64,000 nucleotides of DNA. It comes from an uncultured Gammaproteobacteria bacterium. Lineage in GTDB: Bacteria; Pseudomonadota; Gammaproteobacteria; Magnimaribacterales; TMED112. Position 1 is the first letter of the stretch, and each line of letters starts with the position of its first letter. The notes beneath the pieces were generated by a model. The model ran no database searches. It had not been told where the DNA came from and worked only from the letters and a program-made list of their open reading frames with translations. The translations under genes and the position numbers were made by a program. Positions 57,384-64,000 of this stretch are shown here, in pieces. Where the stretch lies: contig CAZNPG010000005.1 of the NCBI GenBank assembly GCA_964575305.1, forward strand, positions 505 through 64,504. The letters run 5' to 3'.

Positions 57384-58337
57384 TCAATAAATAATACCTG
57401 CCATTCTTTCAATAAACCAATAGAAACCAATGCCTCCCAATAAGTAACTGGATGCTGTTGCAAACCTTAGGTTTTGTTTTATTTTAAATGACATCCAAAT
57501 AAGCAAGGAAAACACAGGTATAAGCAAAAGTTGCCCAGCTTCAATACCAATATTAAAGAATAGTAACGACATAACTAACTGGTCATTTGCTATCCCTATA
57601 CCGGTTAATACATTAGCAAAACCAAGACCATGCAATAAGCCAAAACCAAAAGCTATCAACCAAGGAGTGTTTGTATATTTTTTCTTTTCCCCAACTTCAT
57701 AGGCCAGATAAACGATAGTTAGCGCTATAAGAGCCTCAACTGTAGCTTGCGGAATAGACACTATATTAAAAACCGATAAACCCAAAGTAATAGAGTGTGC
57801 AACAGTAAAAGCAGTGATAGTTTTTACTGCAACTATAAGGTTTGAAACCAAAAACAATAAACCAAAAATAAATAAGATATGGTCATTGCCTTCAAGCAAA
57901 TGATCAATCCCAAGACTAAAGTAAGCTGTCGGATAAATTTGTTTTTCCAATGGGATTTGTATAGTTGGGGATTTAGAGTTCATTATCCCCTCAAAAGTTG
58001 TGCCATCAAGCTCGACAAAAGTGATAAGTGCATCGGTGAGCACGCTTAAATTTACCACCTGAACAGATTCACCCTTAAGTGTGCTATTGCAAACAAGCCC
58101 GATACTTTCAACCAAGTATTTGCCTTTTTTTTCAATCTGTTTTGTTTCGCGTTTACAACTATCTGGAAAGTAAACCTCGCCTCTGGCTCCTATGTTTTTG
58201 ACAGGGTACATCCATTCTGCTTCATAAGAATTTGCTTTAATCTCTTTGACAACCAAATGGGCAGGGTTAAATTCATGCGCTTGAAGAAAAAAAGCAGTAG
58301 TAAAAAGTAGTGCAGAAAAGAGGGCTTTCTTGATCAT
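57384..58337 (-). CDS. HupE/UreJ-family metal transporter-like membrane protein with a periplasmic N-domain
   Basis: Signal peptide ending ..FFLQA, followed by HEFNPAH (the mature N-terminus starts with His). The C-terminal half has TM segments with DH.L.G.DH, AHSITL and GLLHGLGFA. Confidence 0.7.
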   Translation of the reverse strand: MIKKALFSALLFTTAFFLQAHEFNPAHLVVKEIKANSYEAEWMYPVKNIGARGEVYFPDSCKRETKQIEKKGKYLVESIGLVCNSTLKGESVQVVNLSVLTDALITFVELDGTTFEGIMNSKSPTIQIPLEKQIYPTAYFSLGIDHLLEGNDHILFIFGLLFLVSNLIVAVKTITAFTVAHSITLGLSVFNIVSIPQATVEALIALTIVYLAYEVGEKKKYTNTPWLIAFGFGLLHGLGFANVLTGIGIANDQLVMSLLFFNIGIEAGQLLLIPVFSLLIWMSFKIKQNLRFATASSYLLGGIGFYWFIERMAGIIY

Positions 58338-59149
58338 TAAAGTTGGTAGTTTGGGTTAATAATTACTTTATATTCCGCCTTAACACTATCTATATAATCT
58401 GCCAGCCGTTGTTCTTCTTCTTGTATAGCAAAATCTTGTCTTACCAAAACCTCAATAGCTTCGAATTTAGGCAGATAGCCTACTTTTTTATTGTTGATGT
58501 AGAGTAAATGTTTCCCATAACTAGATGAGTATGGGCCAGCCCATTTATTTAGTGTTGGATTTTCAAATGCATTTAAAAACCCTTTTCCAAAAGCTTGTTC
58601 AACCTGATCTAAACTATAATCACTAAAGTTTTTACCCAAGAAAAAGGGTTCAGCCTCTATTTTTGCATCCAGGCTGTTTAAGCTTTTTAAAGCAACCAAG
58701 GCTTTGGCTTCAGCATCCGGTGATTGTGCGAAATAGTAGTGCGTAAATGAATAAGTAGTTGGTACAAAATATTTGTTGCTGTTTGCTTCATAGAAAGCAA
58801 TTAATTGGTTAACTTTTGGTTCTTCTCGGTTGGTCTCTTGTTTCAGAAATGAGATTTTTTGGGCCAATCTCCTTTTTATAATTCTATCGTTTTGGTCTAG
58901 GCCGAGCCTAAGTGCTTCACGATATAGAATCTCTTCCTCAATATAATCGTTAACTATATTAAAAATTTCTTGTTCGTTGGGTGGTCTGCCAACTCGTGAG
59001 TCCCACGCAGCAAAAAGCCCGTCTAATTCCTGATCTGATACATAAATATCTTTAGTTTCTTCATCGTAATTCATAGAGATATCTAAAAAATAAATAACGA
59101 AGCCCAACAATAAGAATAAGATTATTCTTGAGTATGGTTTCAGGCTCAT
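58337..59149 (-). CDS. Membrane-anchored parvulin-like (Rotamase_2-type) PPIase/chaperone-like protein
   Basis: N-terminal TM helix, then EEILYREALRLGLDQNDRIIKRRLAQK and a C-terminal ..WAGPYSSSYGKHLLYI. The start makes an ATGA overlap with the DUF3604 stop. Confidence 0.55.
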   Translation of the reverse strand: MSLKPYSRIILFLLLGFVIYFLDISMNYDEETKDIYVSDQELDGLFAAWDSRVGRPPNEQEIFNIVNDYIEEEILYREALRLGLDQNDRIIKRRLAQKISFLKQETNREEPKVNQLIAFYEANSNKYFVPTTYSFTHYYFAQSPDAEAKALVALKSLNSLDAKIEAEPFFLGKNFSDYSLDQVEQAFGKGFLNAFENPTLNKWAGPYSSSYGKHLLYINNKKVGYLPKFEAIEVLVRQDFAIQEEEQRLADYIDSVKAEYKVIINPNYQL

Positions 59150-61230
59150 AGAGCGAATATGTCTATATCTTGCGGCACTGGTACATACCAAATTGGCGAT
59201 GACCAGGCTCGTTCTTGAATTGTTTTATGTAGGTCTGATCTTGGTTCTTCTCCTGCTTTAATAGCATCCCATGTTGACCACCTGCAAGTTGGATTCTCAA
59301 GAACCCTGACATAATAGAAAGCCTTGTTTTCTGGATTAAATTCTGGATCCTTCCATATTTTTTTAAGCTCTGTAGCTCCAACGTTATTAGTAATAGAACA
59401 ATCCTCTATATTTACCCTCGCACCATTATCAGGGCAGCGGTGTGTTGTTGGGTCAACCTCCAAACCATCAGAACAAACAACATCAAATACTTTTTCACTT
59501 GGCCTTGCGTTGCCGCTGTCTATTGAGCCTTTAATAATCTGGACTCTTTGTAGTGATGCTGAGTGTTTGTCTTTTTGTGCCCAAACTATAAACTCTGGAA
59601 CTTTTGCCCCATCGGCAAATAAGTCTGCCCCCATAGGCACACCGTTTTTATAAGCCTCATCGACCAAGGCTTCAGAGTTTATATCTATTGAGCTCAAATT
59701 ATAGCCAGAGAAAAATCGGACTGTGATCCTAGGTCCTGTGGTCGCAAAAGCTTCTTTTCTTCGGAGTGCTGAAAATATAGATTCTCTCGTATTTTCTTCT
59801 GCCCAGACTGCTGCTAAACCTGAAGATCCCCATTGGTCAAATCCAATAGCATAATTCTTGCCATCAACCTCACGAAAAGTCCTAGGCTGATTGTAATATT
59901 CTGAATATTGTATTAACTGTTCAGTCCTTTCTTCCGATAGAGATACGCTGCCTCTGCTTACAGCACTGCCATCTACTACTCCAACTTTTGACCAGAAATT
60001 GCTTTCATCGAATGATCCTGCTCCTAAGTGTGTGTCTGTAGATCCAATCAAACCGAATTTATATGGGTTACCTTGGCCTTTCCACTCCAACATCAATCCT
60101 CTTAAGTATGCATCCCTAACATAGCCCCCATGATGGTAACTATAGGTTGGTGGTCTTGCTCCCACTCTGCCATCCATAATTTCAAAGTCGGCCCATTCAT
60201 CATCAGGCGATAATAACGGGTGGGTATCTGATGTGCCTTTAACCTGAGTCATTTCGACAATAGGCTCATTGCGCATACGTCTTTCAGAATATGCCAAATC
60301 AATTGGTGTGCCATAGTAGGTTTCAACCTCAAACATCTCTCCATTTGACCCGTTACTGTTATGAGGAATTGCTATAGAGTCCAAGCCTTTTGCTCTTAAC
60401 TTGTCCATCCATGCCCATAGGTCCATAGGGTTTAAAGAGTCTTCTCGAGAAAATGGTCTTTCCGGTGCTTTAGAAGATTCAAAGATTACATTTCTATGTA
60501 AGTTGCCACCCTCAACGTCTGTACCAGATGTGTACTCATATCCAATAAAGGTAGTAAATTTGCCTGGATCATTATTTTCCTCAGCAGCTTTAGCAATGTC
60601 TGACCAAGCTGACTTATGCACTTCATAGTCAAATGCTTGAGAACCAACAGATCTATTTTTAGTAAAAATTGCTTGTAATATTTTTGGGTGCCACAGAGGG
60701 TATTGTCTATCTAAATAACCGTCTGCTGCCATCAAGCTAAAAAGATTTAGTCTTTCTGGCATAGAGTCAATCGTACGATTTTCCTCTCTATTAATATTTA
60801 CAAATGGTTTGGCCCATTCAGTGTTGGCTTGTTTAGAATTTGGATCTCCGTATTCTTGAATCATGCCCATAAAAATTGCGTGATCGGTAACAGCATAAAA
60901 ATCTAGAGGTTCTTTCAATTGCATTTCATAGCCTAGAGGGTGTTTGATCATTTGACCTTTAGCGTATCTATAGGCATCGTACGGAGTAGCATTTACTCCG
61001 AAAACATAAGCATCAAAAGAATATCTTGTGTGAACGTGCAGATCACCAAAATACGGATTTTTAAGTGGGTTTGGTGGAACATCGTTTACTTTGTTAGCTG
61101 TTTCTTCAATTGCATGGTCCACAATGTTGAGAGATACATCTTTTTGTAAAAGTTTATATGCTCCTGTGAAGTAAATTATATTGAGTGCCAGAATTACAAT
61201 TAACGCTACTGAAGTTTTAGATGTTTTCAT
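59146..61230 (-). CDS. DUF3604 protein (PHP-like metal-dependent hydrolase fold candidate), exported
   Basis: N-terminal signal/anchor, YFGDLHVHTRYSFDAY, then DHAIFMG and HNSNGSNG; 694 aa. Confidence 0.65.
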   Translation of the reverse strand: MKTSKTSVALIVILALNIIYFTGAYKLLQKDVSLNIVDHAIEETANKVNDVPPNPLKNPYFGDLHVHTRYSFDAYVFGVNATPYDAYRYAKGQMIKHPLGYEMQLKEPLDFYAVTDHAIFMGMIQEYGDPNSKQANTEWAKPFVNINREENRTIDSMPERLNLFSLMAADGYLDRQYPLWHPKILQAIFTKNRSVGSQAFDYEVHKSAWSDIAKAAEENNDPGKFTTFIGYEYTSGTDVEGGNLHRNVIFESSKAPERPFSREDSLNPMDLWAWMDKLRAKGLDSIAIPHNSNGSNGEMFEVETYYGTPIDLAYSERRMRNEPIVEMTQVKGTSDTHPLLSPDDEWADFEIMDGRVGARPPTYSYHHGGYVRDAYLRGLMLEWKGQGNPYKFGLIGSTDTHLGAGSFDESNFWSKVGVVDGSAVSRGSVSLSEERTEQLIQYSEYYNQPRTFREVDGKNYAIGFDQWGSSGLAAVWAEENTRESIFSALRRKEAFATTGPRITVRFFSGYNLSSIDINSEALVDEAYKNGVPMGADLFADGAKVPEFIVWAQKDKHSASLQRVQIIKGSIDSGNARPSEKVFDVVCSDGLEVDPTTHRCPDNGARVNIEDCSITNNVGATELKKIWKDPEFNPENKAFYYVRVLENPTCRWSTWDAIKAGEEPRSDLHKTIQERAWSSPIWYVPVPQDIDIFAL

Positions 61231-61318
61231 TTATTCCCCTTTAAATGTACCGTTAATTTTAACCTATTTTTTAAAACTAGAATCAAATAAAAGGTAAGAC
61301 ATTAAGTGAAATAATAAA

Positions 61319-62419
61319 CTAGAAGCTTTTTTTGTAACCAACTACTATTTGGTATTTGGTGTCCATTTGAAGGTTATATTTTTCTTGGATCACGGGAAAC
61401 AATACTTCTACACCAAGCATATCATTGCCATTAGCAAACAAATCAAGATTGTAATTAGCTCCAAAACCGACATGTAATTCGCTGCCGCCATAGTTTTCAG
61501 GGTTGGCAGTTTGCACTGGTGCTGTGATCATAGCGTTTGCTCCAGAAACCTCGCCTTGGTTGGTAAGTTTTAATCTTGTTGAAATCGATAAATTTGGTAG
61601 ATACTGATATTGTAACCAGGAATTAAGTTCTATTTGATCACCAAATGCCCAGCCTTTTTCATGAATTACTTTTTTGAATCTGGCCTGATTAGACCAAGTT
61701 GTTTTGTCTTTAATTTTTTTTGAATTCGTTAGCCCTAAAGTCAATCTGGTGGCTTTATCACTTGATTGCATGGCATAAGGCAAAATCATATTCATATAAG
61801 TGCCCATTGGTGTGAGAACCTGATCTTTATCATTGTTTTTACCAATAGATTTTTGATATGAAACTTCTCCATGCCACTTTGAATCACCTGTCTCTGATAG
61901 AACAAAGAATGCGCTCAATGTTATATCAGAAAGATCGCTTGAACTTGTATTAAATTGACCAATTAGATCTCTATCCATCATCGCTGAATAGCTATTTAAA
62001 GCCATATCCTTTGAGAGATAAGTGCACATCACCATATAAGTAATGTCTTGGGTTGGGGCATACATTGCTTCAACCATAGTCATCTGCATATCCATGTTCT
62101 TTGGAATAACTGATAAGTTTGCAGGCATGCTGCTAATTTCATTTGGAATTTGTAGTATCTCAGAGTTTGAAATACTGTTTCCATCAAGGGAGTTGCCACT
62201 CATATACATGTGGCCTTGTTTAATACCTAACATCCATCCCATATGATGCATGTTGCCAACCACTCCAATTGGCGCTGATGAATGATTGCCAGAATGAGCC
62301 ATGTGGTCCATGTGATCCATGTGGTCTTCTTTGTGCATATCATGCTTCATGCCATCTTGCTCTTGGCAAGAAAAAACAAAAGCAGATAACATTAAAGTTG
62401 TTAGAAATAAGTTTTTCAT
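61319..62419 (-). CDS. Outer-membrane beta-barrel protein with an N-terminal His/Met-rich segment (lipobox)
   Basis: LSAFVFSC, then DGMKHDMHKEDHMDHMDHMAHSGNHSS..GNMHHMGWM..GHMYMSGN. Alternating beta-strand patterns follow, and the C-terminus ends ..VVGYKKSF (aromatic). Confidence 0.55.
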   Translation of the reverse strand: MKNLFLTTLMLSAFVFSCQEQDGMKHDMHKEDHMDHMDHMAHSGNHSSAPIGVVGNMHHMGWMLGIKQGHMYMSGNSLDGNSISNSEILQIPNEISSMPANLSVIPKNMDMQMTMVEAMYAPTQDITYMVMCTYLSKDMALNSYSAMMDRDLIGQFNTSSSDLSDITLSAFFVLSETGDSKWHGEVSYQKSIGKNNDKDQVLTPMGTYMNMILPYAMQSSDKATRLTLGLTNSKKIKDKTTWSNQARFKKVIHEKGWAFGDQIELNSWLQYQYLPNLSISTRLKLTNQGEVSGANAMITAPVQTANPENYGGSELHVGFGANYNLDLFANGNDMLGVEVLFPVIQEKYNLQMDTKYQIVVGYKKSF

Positions 62420-62949
62420 TTGGGTTTAAAAAATAACACAATTCCTGTTATTGCTGTAAACAATGCAATAAAAGAAAATACTTTTAATAAGATATTGTCG
62501 ATATTGTCTCTTTCAACCCAATCCATAATATGAAACCCCCACATTAGATCCCAAATCCTCCATTGTTGTGATCGAATAGCAACAATTTCTCCTGTATATG
62601 GGTTTTGATAAATATTTAATTCTTCTCCATCTGTGTTTTCAGCCAAAACCTTATAAAGAGGCAGGTCTCTGCCCCGATATTCGGACCCTTTTTTTGGCTC
62701 CTCTACCAACTCAATTGTTATTGGTTTAAGAACCGTTCGTTGTGTGATGATTTCAAAAACACTTTCTTGGGATAGTTTTTCTTGAATAGCTGGCTTAACA
62801 ATTACTGCGGCTTTTTCAGTTTTGTAGTATTGCTCTCCTCTTACATTTTCAATTTTATTAAATGAGAAGTAGATTCCAGAAACAGTCCACAACAGGAGCT
62901 GTAGTGAAACAACAAGACTAATGTATTTGTGTAGTTTTCTTAGGTTCAT
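62416..62949 (-). CDS. PepSY-domain membrane protein
   Basis: MNLRKLHKYISLVVSLQLLLWTVSGIYFSF (a PepSY-associated TM helix), a central PepSY-like domain, and a second C-terminal TM segment. It has an ATGA overlap with the downstream gene. Confidence 0.6.
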   Translation of the reverse strand: MNLRKLHKYISLVVSLQLLLWTVSGIYFSFNKIENVRGEQYYKTEKAAVIVKPAIQEKLSQESVFEIITQRTVLKPITIELVEEPKKGSEYRGRDLPLYKVLAENTDGEELNIYQNPYTGEIVAIRSQQWRIWDLMWGFHIMDWVERDNIDNILLKVFSFIALFTAITGIVLFFKPK

Positions 62950-62956
62950 GTTCTAG

Positions 62957-63358
62957 TTAATCGTGGCAAGAATCACACTCAAGCGCTTTACATGCTTGGT
63001 GGTTTCTATAGTGGGCAAAGATAACAATTAATGAGCCAGCTACAGTAAGGGTTTTTTCTAGTGTCTCGCCTAAAACTGCCTCACCTAGATAATAAGCTGT
63101 GCTTAAAACAGATAAACCACATAAGCCTATGATAAATATGAATAACTCTTTATGGTTTTTAAGTCCTTGTATTAATGCATAAACACTAACAGGGACAGCA
63201 AGCAATAAAATAATAAAATGTAAGAATTCATTATCAATCGAAAACGAGAGGAACCCGGAAGTAAGAATTAAAAAAGAGGGCATAAACAAGCAGTGCAATG
63301 CACATAGCAGTGATAAAGATCCGGCTAATTTGTCTGTAGTTTCTTGTGTTTTAATCAT
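62957..63358 (-). CDS. MerC-domain membrane protein with a Cys/His-rich C-terminus
   Basis: GSLSLLCALHCLFMPSFL (the CxxHC motif in TM1), four TM segments, and a tail HYRNHQACKALECDSCHD. Confidence 0.65.
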   Translation of the reverse strand: MIKTQETTDKLAGSLSLLCALHCLFMPSFLILTSGFLSFSIDNEFLHFIILLLAVPVSVYALIQGLKNHKELFIFIIGLCGLSVLSTAYYLGEAVLGETLEKTLTVAGSLIVIFAHYRNHQACKALECDSCHD

Positions 63359-63424
63359 TTTTTTTAATTAGCAATTTTGCCTAAATAAGATAATAGGTAG
63401 TCTTAGGATTTAAAATTTAAACTA

Positions 63425-63466
63425 TTAGCAGCAAGAGCACTCGCAGCATTTACAACAATCACACAT
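63425..63466 (-). CDS. 13-codon cysteine-rich micro-ORF MCDCCKCCECSCC (candidate thiolate metal-binding micropeptide or Cys-codon leader)
   Basis: My reverse-strand reading is ATG TGT GAT TGT TGT AAA TGC TGC GAG TGC TCT TGC TGC TAA TAG. It lies 31 nt after the HXXEE gene stop and 66 nt before the MerC-like start, on the same strand. No clear SD. It is absent from the supplied ORF track, presumably because of its size. Confidence 0.35.
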   Translation of the reverse strand: MCDCCKCCECSCC

Positions 63467-63497
63467 AAATTAATTGTAGCACAACCTGATAAACCGT

Positions 63498-64000
63498 CTA
63501 TTTAGCTGATTGCTGGCTGGCAGCATGGTAAGTAAAAGCAAGGTAATAAATTACAGATATTAGAAAAGCTCCCAGCATAACTATTGGTCCAATAAATTCA
63601 AATAAGGCGAAGGTGCTAGCCCCAATAATAAACAAACCAAATACTTCTTTCATGTTATTTAAATAACCTTCTCTTATTGCTGCTTTAAAAATTAAATAAT
63701 TCACTGGTAAGTAGAGCAGAACTCCTGTAATTGCACCTGGGCTAAAGTCTTGAAAATAAAAACTAAAGAAAACATGAAAGCATGCATTTACAACCTGAGT
63801 GGTCATTAAAAAGAACAGCAATATATGTGCGCTAGGTTTATTCTGCTTTATCAAATGAACATATACAGCTATTAATAAGACAACTGCCAGCCTGATTAAA
63901 ACTTCTTCAGAAGAAAGCGGATTATTATCAGCAAAATAACTAAGGCGCCAATCTCTGAAATTGAAAATAATGTGTTCTTCAAAATGGTGAATTAAATAGA
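63498..64000 (-). CDS. HXXEE-domain membrane protein; the 5' end runs off the window
   Basis: The track starts it at a TTG at 63854, but the frame stays open to the window edge. My translation upstream reads ..YLIHHFEEHIIFNFRDWRLSYFADNNPLSSEEVLIRLAVVLLIAVYVHLIKQ.., which contains the HxxEE signature. Confidence 0.6.
   Translation of the reverse strand, partial: YLIHHFEEHIIFNFRDWRLSYFADNNPLSSEEVLIRLAVVLLIAVYVHLIKQNKPSAHILLFFLMTTQVVNACFHVFFSFYFQDFSPGAITGVLLYLPVNYLIFKAAIREGYLNNMKEVFGLFIIGASTFALFEFIGPIVMLGAFLISVIYYLAFTYHAASQQSAK

Noticed and set aside
61252-61263. GTTAA-TT-TTAAC palindrome between the barrel gene and DUF3604 as a Zur-like operator
   Set aside because: It has only 5-bp AT-rich arms, so chance occurrence is likely in this composition, and it is not close to the gammaproteobacterial Zur consensus I remember.

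Overview
This is a visibly AT-rich, gene-dense chromosomal segment. Several E. coli-like conserved gene pairs point to a gammaproteobacterium: ubiC-ubiA, yqiB-like/yqiA, mutY-yggX, lgt-thyA-folA, yggS-yggT, lipB-lipA, and yibN divergent from a phosphoglycerate mutase. The membrane pyrophosphatase, two TonB-dependent receptors, a six-gene TonB2-type energiser cluster and tight gene packing suggest a streamlined marine lineage, possibly SAR86-like, which I cannot verify. I support about 75 protein-coding genes, one tRNA-Phe, two tandem glutamine-riboswitch aptamers upstream of a type II glutamine synthetase, and a few hairpin terminators and promoter candidates. I found no rRNA, CRISPR array, transposase, integrase, prophage or recognisable defence system. 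Most of the window is housekeeping. Five accessory parts deserve a second look. (1) A tandem glnA-type glutamine riboswitch sits in front of a eukaryote-like GSII gene. (2) A TonB-dependent receptor carries five repeated His/Asp/Glu cassettes. (3) A six-gene receptor-led operon (serine hydrolase, MFS, C-N hydrolase, class III transaminase, alanine dehydrogenase) looks like an amide/amine nitrogen-scavenging pathway. (4) A minus-strand metal-handling cluster encodes HXXEE, MerC-like, PepSY, a His/Met-rich outer-membrane barrel, DUF3604, a parvulin-like protein and HupE. (5) Inside that cluster is an unannotated 13-codon micro-ORF, MCDCCKCCECSCC. It is the most unusual thing I could see, and it is absent from the supplied ORF track, presumably because it is so short. 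A CinA/PncC-like plus NadD-like fusion protein is also notable. All functional calls come from reading the translations for motifs and from synteny; no database search was run.
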